A stretch of 37,619 nt of DNA from a virus (lineage: Duplodnaviria; Heunggongvirae; Uroviricota; Caudoviricetes). The stretch lies in IMG/VR virus record IMGVR_UViG_3300025122_000007, positions 1 to 37,619 of that record. One strand, 5' to 3'. The position numbers were made by a program, and so were the translations under genes. The notes below the pieces were generated by a model. The model did not search any database. It was not told the DNA's origin and was given only the letters and a program-made list of their open reading frames with translations. Position 1 is the first letter of the stretch; every line of letters begins with the position of its first letter. Shown piece by piece: positions 9,325-19,783 of the stretch.

Positions 9325-10344
9325 TTATGAAATATAGCTATCCCAGGTTTGAACGTCTTCTCCCCCTAGCTGCTTCTTTACTTGATTGGCTACTACATGT
9401 GCAAAGTCTGCAAAGACTGTGTGATACACATGTCCTTCAGCGATAGCACAGCCTGCTGCACCTTCATGCCCACCGCCCTTGAAGAGGGCAGCGATCTCAT
9501 TGACCTTGATAGGGCTATGATTTCCTCTAAGGGAAACGTATCCACTCTTTTGATTTACCAAGGCGACTACGTCACCTGTCTTACAAAGAACATACAAGGC
9601 TTGCTTGGCCACCTCTGGGTCTTCTGGAGAGATCATCGCCACAACCAACTTCAGATCTCCCTGTAGAACTGGTTCTTCAAAATTCCAAGTGAATATCTTC
9701 AACCCTTTGAAATTATAAAGAAAATCTTCATGATAAAGAGGCTCCATCTGTTGAATGTATTCTGCAATCAGATTTTGAGTAAGCTTTTCTTCCGAGCCTA
9801 AAAGCTCGGGTGCCTGGTCACAAAGACCCTGAAGAACAGAGGCGAATTGAATCGCTTCAAGACTTCTAAATCTAAAGCCGACAGTGTCAGCCCAAAGACC
9901 AGCATAAAGAATTGGATGTACTATTCCGTGTCTGATCAAGACGCATCCTGTTGAAGGCACGTCTTCTACAAAATAATTTTTATCAGGACTGTTCTTATTA
10001 AGGTCAGAGCTATGATGATCAAAGACGACTGTAGGAATCGAAGGAGGCTTGAATCCCAATCGATTTGCCGTAGGCTGACAGTCAAAGACAATAAGACTTT
10101 TTGCCTCGCCTAATATCTCTACAATCTCACCCGTTGGTGCGGTGCAGAAATCTTCTGGCTCCAAGATCCAGGATGAATCAGAGAACAGAGTGCCTTGAAT
10201 ACGTATATAGGCTTCTTTGTTGTGCCATCTAAGAAAGTCCAGCATGGCTGAAGCGGCAGACAATCCGTCTGCGTCTGGACTCTTGTGAGTTGCGAGGACA
10301 ATAGGTTCGGGCAGCTTTAAAAGCATCTCCGTAGTTGTTGACAT
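9325..10344 (-). CDS. DHH/DHHA1 family phosphoesterase (NrnA-like)
   Basis: Motifs HKSPDADG, FDHH and GGGHEGAAG. Confidence 0.88.
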   Translation of the reverse strand: MSTTTEMLLKLPEPIVLATHKSPDADGLSAASAMLDFLRWHNKEAYIRIQGTLFSDSSWILEPEDFCTAPTGEIVEILGEAKSLIVFDCQPTANRLGFKPPSIPTVVFDHHSSDLNKNSPDKNYFVEDVPSTGCVLIRHGIVHPILYAGLWADTVGFRFRSLEAIQFASVLQGLCDQAPELLGSEEKLTQNLIAEYIQQMEPLYHEDFLYNFKGLKIFTWNFEEPVLQGDLKLVVAMISPEDPEVAKQALYVLCKTGDVVALVNQKSGYVSLRGNHSPIKVNEIAALFKGGGHEGAAGCAIAEGHVYHTVFADFAHVVANQVKKQLGGEDVQTWDSYIS

Positions 10345-10562
10345 ATGTTTCTTCTTTACAGTTCTAATAAACTGATTCTTAATCAGGCTGGTACTTTTTA
10401 CACAGCTTTTCGTGATGGTAGTCTGCTATGAGAGCTCTGATGATAACTATCTCATCTTTGTCCCATAGCAGGTTGAGAATGAATGTTCCTCTTTCGTGAA
10501 GCCACGTCTCAGCTGTCTCGAATTCATGAGAAAGATTCTTTCACAATCCATATGGTGTTGCA

Positions 10563-11132
10563 TTACTTTCCGCTTGATCCAAACCCACCACGACTGATCT
10601 CAGCAGCGGGAATGAATTCTTCCCACGCAACATTAAGAGTAGGCCTAAGTACCAGTTGAGCGATTCGATCGCCCTTGTTGATAACCAGTGGCCTCTTGCT
10701 TGCGCTACTGGAGTAGTTGATCACATCGATCTTCTTGCCCCTTATAGCGGCATTGAATGTCTCTGCAGTGATGCCGATTCCTCGGCCTGCGATCTTTTCA
10801 GAGCCCAGGTTGGCCCTCTCTCTTGGCAGTCTGAAGACAGCGACACCAAGTTCATCCTTGGCACCACAGTAATCAGCATCGATAAGACCGAGGCCGTTGG
10901 CCAAGATCAATCCATGCTTTACTGCCATGCTGCTTCGTAAGATCAACTCAAAGTGAAAGCCTTCTGGTGGTTGAACAACCACACCTGTTCTGATGATAGC
11001 TGCATCACCAGGTCGTAGATTATAGTAATCAGCTGAGTAAAGATCCCATCCTGCTGACTTCTCGGTCCCTCTCGTAGGGACAACTCCTCCATCTAACAGA
11101 TGGAACTTACATTGCTTTGGCTTAGTTGCCAT
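10563..11132 (-). CDS. dut: Trimeric dUTPase
   Basis: Motifs SAGWDL, RSSMA, GLIDADY, GDRIAQLV and RGGFGSSG. Confidence 0.96.
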   Translation of the reverse strand: MATKPKQCKFHLLDGGVVPTRGTEKSAGWDLYSADYYNLRPGDAAIIRTGVVVQPPEGFHFELILRSSMAVKHGLILANGLGLIDADYCGAKDELGVAVFRLPRERANLGSEKIAGRGIGITAETFNAAIRGKKIDVINYSSSASKRPLVINKGDRIAQLVLRPTLNVAWEEFIPAAEISRGGFGSSGK

Positions 11133-11142
11133 TGGTTCTCCT

Positions 11143-11748
11143 TTATAACTCTTTCAAAAGCTTAACTAACCAGCCAGCAAGATAGTATTCACCATCTTTA
11201 AATACAGTTACTCCTGAATCTACAAGATTCATAGTCAACTGAGCAGCTGAGGTATGAGCTTGGTTGTGAATTTGAGAGCTTTCCTTTCTTGTCTTGCCTG
11301 CACACAAATAGAGATTTTCTATTCTGTTGTCAGCAGGTTGATTGTTAATATGATGAACAAATTGGTGTTCAGGAATGATATCGTCAAGCTTCTCTTCCAT
11401 CACCAATATATGCTCTAATACATATGGGGCTGGCTTCTTTTGTCTTTCAGCACGATTTTTTACTCTTGGATGATCAGGAACATACACAGCCGTGTATTTA
11501 CCACTTCGTCTAAGATGTATCGGATTAGCTAATGCCTTCTCACGAAGACCTTTTGCCATAGATTCTAATCGTGCTTTGTTCTTAGTTGGGTCTCTTTCTG
11601 TTTGTTCACGAGATGAACAAGATCTACATATATGTTTACTGTTCTGCTTTGCATAGTGCCAAGAGATTTTTCTAATCTTTTCACACACCTCACACTTAAC
11701 TTCTACCTTTCGGTAGAACCCTCCAGTTTTTAGATCTTTAACTATCAT
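11143..11748 (-). CDS. HNH homing endonuclease-like protein with N-terminal Zn-binding cysteines
   Basis: EHILVMEEKL...VHHINNQPADNRIENL, CxxC motifs, and its own GGAGG RBS. Confidence 0.85.
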   Translation of the reverse strand: MIVKDLKTGGFYRKVEVKCEVCEKIRKISWHYAKQNSKHICRSCSSREQTERDPTKNKARLESMAKGLREKALANPIHLRRSGKYTAVYVPDHPRVKNRAERQKKPAPYVLEHILVMEEKLDDIIPEHQFVHHINNQPADNRIENLYLCAGKTRKESSQIHNQAHTSAAQLTMNLVDSGVTVFKDGEYYLAGWLVKLLKEL

Positions 11749-11794
11749 GTTACCTCCACTAAACTTATTAAGTTCTGTTTTTAGTATAACATGA

Positions 11795-12652
11795 CTATAG
11801 TACTTCGGCCACCAGATCAGCGAGCGGACTTCGACAGCCCTTAATTAATTCTATATAACTTGTAAGAGGAGACTCTTTGATCTGTAAGCTGTTGATAAGC
11901 CTATACAATCCGGTCTCTTCCCATGTCAGATCACTGTCTCTTTGAGAGGGGTCTCCCATCAATACGATTTTGGATCCTTCTCCGATACGAGTGCACAGTG
12001 TCTTCAATTCATGTGGACTGAATGACTGTACTTCATCGGCCACGATAAAGGAGTTGGAGAACGATGCTCCTCTCATTACAGACACAGGTATCCACTTGAT
12101 CTTTCCTTCATCCTCTAGCAAATCAAGATACTTCAAGCCATGCTTGCTGAGAAGAATTTCTAAGTTGCAGTAGAAGGAGAGAAGATACGGGTCGTATTTC
12201 TCTCTAAGATCACCAGGGACTGCACCAAGATTCATGTTTCCTACAGAGGTCATGGGCTTGGTGAATATGATGGAATCATACTTGCTGGTATCAAGAAGCT
12301 TCGTGAGTGCTACTGCTGTAGCACAGATAGTCTTACCCGTTCCGGCATGTCCGGTGATAATGTTCATGGTGACATCGTCATCAAAGAGACAATCCATCAA
12401 CATCTTTTGTTCTTTGTTCCTCGGAGAGATACCGCTGTAACTCATCTCTTCTGGAACTTTGAGAATTACTTCTCCGTTTTTTGATACACGTCCCAATGCA
12501 CTATGTGATTCACATTCAATACACTTTAATACAATCGACATGTTTGGATAGAAAGGTCCGACAGAAAAGTCTTCTAGCTTAATCGGTCCCTTCCACAGCT
12601 TGTTCACCATCTGGTGAGAGACGTGAATCTTCTTCACTCCTGTGTAGTCCAT
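11795..12652 (-). CDS. phoH: PhoH-like ATPase (likely start MDYTG at 12652)
   Basis: GHAGTGKT, MRGASF, ADEVQ and MGDPSQRD; GGAG lies upstream of the proposed start. Confidence 0.92.
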   Translation of the reverse strand: MDYTGVKKIHVSHQMVNKLWKGPIKLEDFSVGPFYPNMSIVLKCIECESHSALGRVSKNGEVILKVPEEMSYSGISPRNKEQKMLMDCLFDDDVTMNIITGHAGTGKTICATAVALTKLLDTSKYDSIIFTKPMTSVGNMNLGAVPGDLREKYDPYLLSFYCNLEILLSKHGLKYLDLLEDEGKIKWIPVSVMRGASFSNSFIVADEVQSFSPHELKTLCTRIGEGSKIVLMGDPSQRDSDLTWEETGLYRLINSLQIKESPLTSYIELIKGCRSPLADLVAEVL

Positions 12653-13112
12653 CTTGCTCCCGGAGACGCTTGATTCTGTCCCACAATGCTTTGTATCCAT
12701 CCTCTAAGTCCATCTCAATCTGTTCTGATCGAGACAGAATGCTATCGATACGTGCGTATGTTGTTGTGGGATTACCGCCGCGTCCGTTCTTTCTCACTCT
12801 ACTTGGTTTTGTAACCGGTCTCAAATCACAGTTGTAAGCTCGGCCCATCGGACGACCCGTAGGGTCATACATTCTAGGTCGGTGAATCTCACGTGTGGCA
12901 TACATATCCTCTTTGATATCAAAGAATCTAGTGTATCCACATTGCTTACACCTAAATGTGTATTGAGGAGTGGAACGTACGGTAAGCTCCTCCTTTGGAA
13001 TAGAAAGCAAGGCGTCGATGACTCTCTCTTGATGGAGAGCCATGTCCTTTTGTCTTTCTAGTTCTTCCTTAGCTTCCCTCTGTTGTTGAATCGCTTTCGT
13101 TGTCTGGTTCAT
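12579..13112 (-). CDS. Hypothetical protein with CxxC
   Basis: 177-aa ORF coupled to the recA stop; contains FRCKQCG. Confidence 0.55.
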   Translation of the reverse strand: MNQTTKAIQQQREAKEELERQKDMALHQERVIDALLSIPKEELTVRSTPQYTFRCKQCGYTRFFDIKEDMYATREIHRPRMYDPTGRPMGRAYNCDLRPVTKPSRVRKNGRGGNPTTTYARIDSILSRSEQIEMDLEDGYKALWDRIKRLREQDGLHRSEEDSRLSPDGEQAVEGTD

Positions 13113-14127
13113 CTTTTAATAGTTCGGCACGTAGCTCATTGGCTAGCTCCTCATTCTCCCTTAGATATTCTGCTGCCTTCGCATCTCCTTGAACCTTGAA
13201 GGTTCCAAGTTGATACCAAGAGCTGGACTTTTCAATGAGTCCCTTGTCCACACTGAGATCAAGAAGCTCCTTGAAAACATCAATTCCCTGCCCATATAAA
13301 ATACGAGATTCATATTGCACATATGGTGGGGCCATCTTGTTTTTGACAATCTTTACCTTGATATTGTTACCAATAAGCTCTTCGTCCATCCGAATACCGG
13401 CACCGGCTCTTCTGATCTCAACTCTTACAGAAGAGTAGAACTTAAGAGCTCTGCCACCAGGTGTGACCTCTGGGTTTCCAAACATGACGCCAACCTTCTC
13501 TCTGATCTGGTTGATGAAGATGACAATACATTCGCTACTTGCTACAGCTCCTGTAAGTTTACGCATAGCTTGACTCATCAGTCTGGATTGAAGGCCCACA
13601 TGAGACTTGCCCATCTCGCCTTCAAGCTCTGCTCGTGGTACCAAGGCAGCGACAGAGTCTACGACAATCATGTCTACTACATTGCTACGAACTAGAATAT
13701 CAACAGCTTCAAGAGCACCCTCACCAGTCATAGGCTGAGAGAACACAAGCTTGTCCGTGTCCACTCCAAGATTTCTTGCATAGGTAGGGTCCAATGCGTG
13801 TTCTACATCAATAAATGCTGCAGTCCCTCCTGCCTTCTGACACTCTGCCATTGCATGAAGGGCCAGGGTGGTCTTGCCGCTGGATTCAGGACCATAGATC
13901 TCTATCATCCTACCCTTTGGCCAGCCTCCGATGCCAAGAGCCTTGTCCAATTGAGGGCTTCCACTTGTAATGGAAGGCCACTTTTCTGACTTGGACTCTC
14001 CTAAGATGATAACAGAGCCCTTACCTAGTTTCTTGTTGGCTGATCCTATCGCCAGCTCTAACGCCTTATCTTTTGCAATCTCTGCTTTCGTTTTTGTTGT
14101 GACTTCTCTAGTCAATTCTAGTTCCAC
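13069..14127 (-). CDS. recA: Recombinase RecA
   Basis: [50 protein letters not shown] and GGRALKFY. Confidence 0.98.
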   Translation of the reverse strand: MELELTREVTTKTKAEIAKDKALELAIGSANKKLGKGSVIILGESKSEKWPSITSGSPQLDKALGIGGWPKGRMIEIYGPESSGKTTLALHAMAECQKAGGTAAFIDVEHALDPTYARNLGVDTDKLVFSQPMTGEGALEAVDILVRSNVVDMIVVDSVAALVPRAELEGEMGKSHVGLQSRLMSQAMRKLTGAVASSECIVIFINQIREKVGVMFGNPEVTPGGRALKFYSSVRVEIRRAGAGIRMDEELIGNNIKVKIVKNKMAPPYVQYESRILYGQGIDVFKELLDLSVDKGLIEKSSSWYQLGTFKVQGDAKAAEYLRENEELANELRAELLKDEPDNESDSTTEGS

Positions 14128-14749
14128 TAAAATGCTCCACTATAGGATAGATCATATTGTCTTGAACATGTGATGTAAGAATATCTATATCCTCACAGTT
14201 GAATACAATGTCATTGAAGACTTCTGATGGAATCTCATCCATTGAGATCTCACTGCTATCCTTGCTGCCATGATAATTTTCACGGCCAGGTCGCTGAATC
14301 TTGATAAGATAAGCGTCCTTGGCTTGTAAGGCCTTGATTTCATTAGGGAATCTTACATCAGCACACACAACGATACCCTTTTTTCCTGACTTATCTAAGA
14401 TTGCGTTTGCTTCAATTCCCATTAGAATCAACGTTGCGTTGTTCAAAAAGTATTCAGTCCATACAGCAGGCCAAATCTCACGCATCTTCATGCCTACACC
14501 CTGCAAGATCTCTCTTGGTGTAAGACAATGTCCATCAGGACCTTGAAGATGCATAAGCATCTGCTCCTTAGCCAATGGATCATAACATTCTTCATAGCTA
14601 AGTCCGAAGAGTACTTCGGCAATCTCTTTTACAGGAAGGGCGATCGCCAACTTCTCTGCTACAAATTCTTTCGGTAAGTTTTTAATGATCAGATCAGCAA
14701 GAGTGTCTTTACCAGACCCTGCCTTCCCTGAAATTCCAATTATTTTCAT
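14108..14749 (-). CDS. Deoxynucleoside monophosphate kinase
   Basis: [31 protein letters not shown] and HGSKDSSE. Confidence 0.88.
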   Translation of the reverse strand: MKIIGISGKAGSGKDTLADLIIKNLPKEFVAEKLAIALPVKEIAEVLFGLSYEECYDPLAKEQMLMHLQGPDGHCLTPREILQGVGMKMREIWPAVWTEYFLNNATLILMGIEANAILDKSGKKGIVVCADVRFPNEIKALQAKDAYLIKIQRPGRENYHGSKDSSEISMDEIPSEVFNDIVFNCEDIDILTSHVQDNMIYPIVEHFSGTRID

Positions 14750-15051
14750 GTCTCTTTGTCTGGAGCCTCCTTTTGAATTCTTTCTCTCATAAAATCTGGA
14801 TCGATATTTAATACATCACAGATTTCATCGAAGGTGACTGCCCACGGGTCCATCACCTTGGCTTTTCTAAAGATAAAGTCTGCAGCAGTCTTCCACTCTT
14901 GAAACTCGGTACAGCCATCTGAAAACTCTGAACTTTTATTATGACTTGTCGGATCTAGATGAAGATAGTCCTTCATCGCTCTCTCAAGGAAGGCCACCAA
15001 GAACTTTTCAAGACCTTCATCGAAAGCGATGGGACTATCCATCATGTCCAT
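14746..15051 (-). CDS. Hypothetical protein (likely start MDMMDS)
   Basis: ORF fills the gap between nrdJ and the kinase. Confidence 0.5.
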   Translation of the reverse strand: MDMMDSPIAFDEGLEKFLVAFLERAMKDYLHLDPTSHNKSSEFSDGCTEFQEWKTAADFIFRKAKVMDPWAVTFDEICDVLNIDPDFMRERIQKEAPDKET

Positions 15052-15058
15052 TTCGTAA

Positions 15059-17044
15059 TTAAAAGAGATTGCACTTGTCCGAGTCACAGAACTTTTCACC
15101 CACTCCCGCCTGTGAAACAACACCAAAGTTCAATGGCTTGATCTCAGCTATCATAGCTTCATAAGTTTCTTGATCTATGGCTTCATATGGTAACTGTGGA
15201 TACCAATCTGTATTCAGTGGCAAGAAGGAGACACCCTTGAGTCTTGTTTCATAAAGCTCTAAGGCGTTCTTGATATGGGGAGCCTCCTCTGGTGTAAATG
15301 TGACTGTCACAGACACTTGATTGTCTGCCCAGTAGTGTTGAATCTGCGCAGCGATCTCAAGCTGCTCCCACATGGAAACATCGTACTTGCTTCTTGTGAA
15401 GTCAGGTTCGTGTACTGGGAACTCAATCACTACAGTGCTATCTTCCAATCCTACGCACGGCTCAATTCTATAATTTGCTGCCATAAGGACCGGCACAATG
15501 TCATGATTCTTGGGAGATCTAACTCTACGGATGTAGTATTCTCCTTCGGAGTAATGCATGCCAGGGCGTTCTCCGGGAAGCAACGGCACGGTTCCCCCAG
15601 GTTTGACTGAAGTCTTTTTGATTGACTCTCGAATGCCGAGCCAGTCTGAGTATACTCTGTCCAGTTGTGTGATGTAGTCATAGCCTCTCTTCATCCAATT
15701 AAAAGTTTCGCGAGTGCCAAACTTATCAAACGCACGGGTGATACCGCCCATGGACGTACCAATACGCCTATTGCGATTCATTACGTTGTTTGTCTCTGGA
15801 ATATGAGTGCCAAGTAAGGTTACGCTCTTTGCATATAGATAAGCGAACTTGAGTGTCTGACGATACTCTTCGTAATTCTCATGTCTTGCAGGGAATGTTT
15901 CAACCAGACAACATAGCTCATAAGGTTCCAAGGTCTGCTCTAGACATGGGTTCCCTCCACGAGCCCTTTCGTCTGCCCAGTTCGGAGGATCCATCATCCT
16001 ACCAAACTTTCTGGCATTCTCTAGCCACATATAGCCAGGCTCACCATTGATTGCAGTCATTCCTGCAGCCAAGGAATAGTCTTGTCCCACTTCGCAGAAC
16101 ACAGAGTTGTTTGAAGCCCACCTGTGACTTGTAACCTTCTTCTTGTCTTGCTTCATGGCCATGTATGGCAGATCGTCAGGACTTCCAAAGGCGATTTCTG
16201 CTGTACGACGGACGTTGCCGGCTACAACACACTTGCCAATGAGATTCATGACATCGGTGATGTCTACAGAAGAAAGAGTCTGTCCATTTCTGCTATCAAA
16301 CAAGTCTCTAAGGTATCTATGTAGATCCATCAACGGTTGAGGACCGCTAGCGGTTCCTCCAAACCCCTTGATAGGTGCACCGTATGGACGAATCTCAAGG
16401 TAATCAAACATTACCTTCTTGCTTCCTTCAACAAGATAGGAGTCGATAAGAAGACCAACGGACTCAACCCATCCCTCTCTTGTGTCAGGAATGGTCCATC
16501 CATAACTGTTCTCCCAAGGCTCACCAAGAGGCTTGTGTACAGTTACCTTCTCGGCGCCCTTGACATCAAAGCCACATCCTACACCCAACATGGATACATC
16601 CATAAGGAATGTGAATGGCTTGGAGAGTTCTGCGCTCAGGTTTTCAGTAGAGACGAATGCACAGTTGTTCAGCGCCGTAGCGCCTCGCTCCCATACATAG
16701 TCAGTACCCATCATCCATAAGCCACGGCCAGGAGGAAGGAACTTGAAGTTCCACATCAACTCAAACATCTTCTGAGCTGAACGCTGAGCTCTATCATCAT
16801 CCCATGGGAGCTGACGGTCGAGACAATGTCTCTTTTGAATGGCGAAGGTTCCTTCTACCACTCTCTTGCAGGTATCATGAAACTCTTCTGTTGATCCGTT
16901 CTTCATGATACGAGAATAAGTTCTCTTATAGACAACGTATCCGATAGGGCCCCACTCTGGTTGCTGCCCTACATACTCTTGATAAAACTCTGGCTCTAAT
17001 TCAAAGTAAAACTTACTCTGAGGCTTTCTTAGTTCCTTCTGCAT
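15059..17044 (-). CDS. nrdJ: Class II (adenosylcobalamin-dependent, RTPR-type) ribonucleotide reductase
   Basis: YKRTYSR, FLPPGRGLW, ALNNCAF, GNPCLEQ, ELCCLVE, VKPGGT, and a C-terminal CDSDKC Cys pair. Confidence 0.95.
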   Translation of the reverse strand: MQKELRKPQSKFYFELEPEFYQEYVGQQPEWGPIGYVVYKRTYSRIMKNGSTEEFHDTCKRVVEGTFAIQKRHCLDRQLPWDDDRAQRSAQKMFELMWNFKFLPPGRGLWMMGTDYVWERGATALNNCAFVSTENLSAELSKPFTFLMDVSMLGVGCGFDVKGAEKVTVHKPLGEPWENSYGWTIPDTREGWVESVGLLIDSYLVEGSKKVMFDYLEIRPYGAPIKGFGGTASGPQPLMDLHRYLRDLFDSRNGQTLSSVDITDVMNLIGKCVVAGNVRRTAEIAFGSPDDLPYMAMKQDKKKVTSHRWASNNSVFCEVGQDYSLAAGMTAINGEPGYMWLENARKFGRMMDPPNWADERARGGNPCLEQTLEPYELCCLVETFPARHENYEEYRQTLKFAYLYAKSVTLLGTHIPETNNVMNRNRRIGTSMGGITRAFDKFGTRETFNWMKRGYDYITQLDRVYSDWLGIRESIKKTSVKPGGTVPLLPGERPGMHYSEGEYYIRRVRSPKNHDIVPVLMAANYRIEPCVGLEDSTVVIEFPVHEPDFTRSKYDVSMWEQLEIAAQIQHYWADNQVSVTVTFTPEEAPHIKNALELYETRLKGVSFLPLNTDWYPQLPYEAIDQETYEAMIAEIKPLNFGVVSQAGVGEKFCDSDKCNLF

Positions 17045-17339
17045 CTACTTGACCTCCATCAAGGGAAGGCTCTACATGATTCAATAGCTCAGCTATACCA
17101 AGACCAATGCTTCGTATGCTCTTTCGAACTAGATTTTCGTGATCGTTTGTCACTTTCTTCACTTCATCGGATCCAAAGCTATGAATGCCAAGAAGAAGAA
17201 TCTTTGTAAGATTCCCTGCGTTGACTAGCTCAAAGTGAGGTTGTCCATTGTCTAAGATACCTACAAGATATCCAGCCGTCATGGTTGGCTTTGTTGTTTC
17301 TTCTGTGTGCAAATCATTTGCAACGGTTTCTTCTGGCAT
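17013..17339 (-). CDS. Hypothetical protein
   Basis: 108-aa coupled ORF. Confidence 0.55.
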   Translation of the reverse strand: MPEETVANDLHTEETTKPTMTAGYLVGILDNGQPHFELVNAGNLTKILLLGIHSFGSDEVKKVTNDHENLVRKSIRSIGLGIAELLNHVEPSLDGGQVDAEGTKKASE

Positions 17340-17911
17340 TATTCCATCATCCTTATTTCATGAGCATTCGCTGTGCTTACGTTGTTGAGTGTCTCTCTTA
17401 TCTCTTTGAGATTCTTTAGAATCGTTTCAAAGAAAGAGACCTCCATGTATCCTCTGCGTAGACAAGCATACTCATCAAGCAAGCTGCCTTTCGCAGCGCG
17501 AATAAGTGTTTCTTTCGCAGGACACTTTGTCTTTTCTTCTCTGTAGTGATCCACTCTGGCTTTCACATAGGCGTCCACCTTCGCCGCAACCATATGTTCT
17601 AGGTTTTGGGTCGATGATTTAAGCTTGTTGTAATAGAAGTGGGCTTCGTTGATACGTCGTAGAAGAAGTACTGAATACTCATTGATTTGTTTGGGGACCA
17701 TCTCTGTCAATGGTTCGTCGTTGGCATTTAGAGGGGTGACTGAAAAATATCTTAACCATTCAGAGATTTTCTTTCCTTCGATGACAGTGTTGTCCCAAAA
17801 GGCGCTTAGATAAGCACGCCATAAGTTCTTAGACTGGGACGACATCCTTGTTAGAGCTGTCGCTCGACTCTTGATTGCCTCTTGTGTTGTTGCTTCTTCG
17901 CTCATTCCCAC
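17339..17911 (-). CDS. Helical hypothetical protein, weakly reminiscent of UvsY-type recombination mediators
   Basis: All-helical pattern (KARVDHY...FFETILKNLK). The resemblance is by eye only. Confidence 0.35.
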   Translation of the reverse strand: MGMSEEATTQEAIKSRATALTRMSSQSKNLWRAYLSAFWDNTVIEGKKISEWLRYFSVTPLNANDEPLTEMVPKQINEYSVLLLRRINEAHFYYNKLKSSTQNLEHMVAAKVDAYVKARVDHYREEKTKCPAKETLIRAAKGSLLDEYACLRRGYMEVSFFETILKNLKEIRETLNNVSTANAHEIRMME

Positions 17912-18900
17912 TTCACCGGCCTACTTAAAATCTGGCTCGCGGAAGTGATCCGAACGAGTTCAGCGCGTTCACGTAGTTGCACCAAAGTCGATGAATTACA
18001 ATAACTCATCGCAGAACGTAAGCCTCCTTCTATGTCACTCATGATCTTATGAACCCGAGTGTTCTTAGATACTTGGAACTCAACACCTTCATGGGTACGT
18101 TCCTCAGTATAGGTAGAGTTGCCTCTGTATGATTCTCCAGGTGCCTCTTCACAATGTGCGAACAGGAATCCAGAGATGACTGCGTCCGCTCCAGCTACGA
18201 TAGCCTTGGGAATATCTCCTGGATACCTCACACCGCCATCTGACAACAGTTTGACCCTATCCCTCAGCCCTGCCTCTACAAGAGCCTCATGGACCTCCTG
18301 GAGGCATGTAACCTGTGGTACCCCGACACCGGAGACGATACGTGTCGTACATGCAGCCCCTGCACCGACACCCACCTTGATAAGATCAGCTCCCGCGTTG
18401 GCAAGAGCAACCGCTCCTTGCCCAGTGACCACATTGCCACTGACTATCCAACAGCCCTCAAACCTTCTACGTAACTGTTGGGTTCTCTCAACAGCTAGGG
18501 TTGAATCACCTCTTGCAAAATCCAAGTTGATGAACGGAGGACTGTATTCCTTACAGATATCAATCCAGTCATCATTCTCTCCACCAACAGATATTCCATA
18601 ATTCCAACTCTTCAGATAGTAGTCTTCGTAATCCTGTTCGAATTGTTCTGTCGTATATCCAAATCGAGGAAAGACTGCCATACCCCCTTGGCTTGCCACC
18701 TTGCCAGCCATCTCTCCGTTACAGACAGATGCCATGTTGGACAAGACAATAGGAACAGAGAGGTAGTCTCCTGCTCCGATGAACAGAGTAGGGTCTACAT
18801 CCTTTCTTGATCTGATGCTGGAAAAGCATGGCTTGATGAGTACGTCATCGAATGTCAGGTATTCCAGAGATCCGGGGTTCGCAAAGTTCACTTTAAGCAA
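17902..18900 (-). CDS. GMP reductase / IMP dehydrogenase family, no CBS domain (likely TTG start at 18900)
   Basis: LTFDDVLI, SNMASV, KVGVGAGAACTTR, GVGVPQ and DGGVRYPGDIPKAI; GGAGGAG precedes the TTG. Confidence 0.92.
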   Translation of the reverse strand: MLKVNFANPGSLEYLTFDDVLIKPCFSSIRSRKDVDPTLFIGAGDYLSVPIVLSNMASVCNGEMAGKVASQGGMAVFPRFGYTTEQFEQDYEDYYLKSWNYGISVGGENDDWIDICKEYSPPFINLDFARGDSTLAVERTQQLRRRFEGCWIVSGNVVTGQGAVALANAGADLIKVGVGAGAACTTRIVSGVGVPQVTCLQEVHEALVEAGLRDRVKLLSDGGVRYPGDIPKAIVAGADAVISGFLFAHCEEAPGESYRGNSTYTEERTHEGVEFQVSKNTRVHKIMSDIEGGLRSAMSYCNSSTLVQLRERAELVRITSASQILSRPVKWE

Positions 18901-19783
18901 TGTCTTCTCCTCCTGCTCTTTCATTCCAATAGCTTGAGCTGTCATCGTCCTCGACAAATGTCGGCTGTGTTTTATAAATGTCATCTAAGATTCGATGAAA
19001 TGGAAGTGCAGGCCCAGGATCAACCTTACGACCAGGATCTATATCCTCATGTCGTACATTGCATTCACGTGGCATTTCAAGTTCAGACATAAGGGAATCC
19101 ATCAGCTCGGTGTATGCATCGACCTGTAGTTGTGGATAATCTTCCCAAGTATGATGTTTGTTGCTACTTGTTTCAGACCTACCATAATAAAGAGAAGAGC
19201 CCTTCAGCTTGCTTCCTGTCCAAGTCTTTGGACCCTCTGGACCATTGATTGTAAGCCAGCCCCAGTTGGCCAGGTCGACTCCGACAAACCAATGATTAGG
19301 GTTTCTGGATCCCCTGGCAGGATTGCCCCTCGTAGCAGGTACCGTAAAGGACAAACCTTTTCTGGCAGCATGCCACGTCCTGTCATTAATTGAGGCAAGC
19401 TGAATGATATGACCATCTCTGCATACTATGAAGTGAGTGGAGACTGAACGATAGTCCTTGCCCGCTAGCTTGTTGGCATCATGTCTATGAAATCGAGTGG
19501 CTGTCTTTCTGCCGTCACCCAACGCAGTATAATGGGTAGTCGTACCAATTAGTCTGTTCTCGTAATTCTCTTTGATTACTTGATGCATGCCCTTCCAAAA
19601 TAAAACTTGGAGAGGTTTATGCTCAACAGACCAGCGCCCTGTGGTCTGGAGCCATCCATCTTCGTCAAACCATAGCTCGACGAGAGGTAGCTCCGGTGTC
19701 AAAAACACTGAAGGAAAGAATGATGTTGATTCAGAAGGGGGTGCGTTCGCCTTTGCCCTTCTGAATAAATTCATGAATGTCAT
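18893..19783 (-). CDS. N-acetylmuramoyl-L-alanine amidase (Amidase_2/AmpD-like), putative endolysin
   Basis: HYTA, STHFIVCRDG, WHA, GVDLAN and HEDIDPGRKVDPG. Confidence 0.88.
   Translation of the reverse strand: MTFMNLFRRAKANAPPSESTSFFPSVFLTPELPLVELWFDEDGWLQTTGRWSVEHKPLQVLFWKGMHQVIKENYENRLIGTTTHYTALGDGRKTATRFHRHDANKLAGKDYRSVSTHFIVCRDGHIIQLASINDRTWHAARKGLSFTVPATRGNPARGSRNPNHWFVGVDLANWGWLTINGPEGPKTWTGSKLKGSSLYYGRSETSSNKHHTWEDYPQLQVDAYTELMDSLMSELEMPRECNVRHEDIDPGRKVDPGPALPFHRILDDIYKTQPTFVEDDDSSSYWNERAGGEDIA

Noticed and set aside
10379-10563. A 38-aa ORF (MQHHMD...) and an overlapping 53-codon start-less open frame in the dut-DHH gap
   Set aside because: Neither can be supported. The longer frame has no start codon and there is no evidence for a frameshift or recoding.
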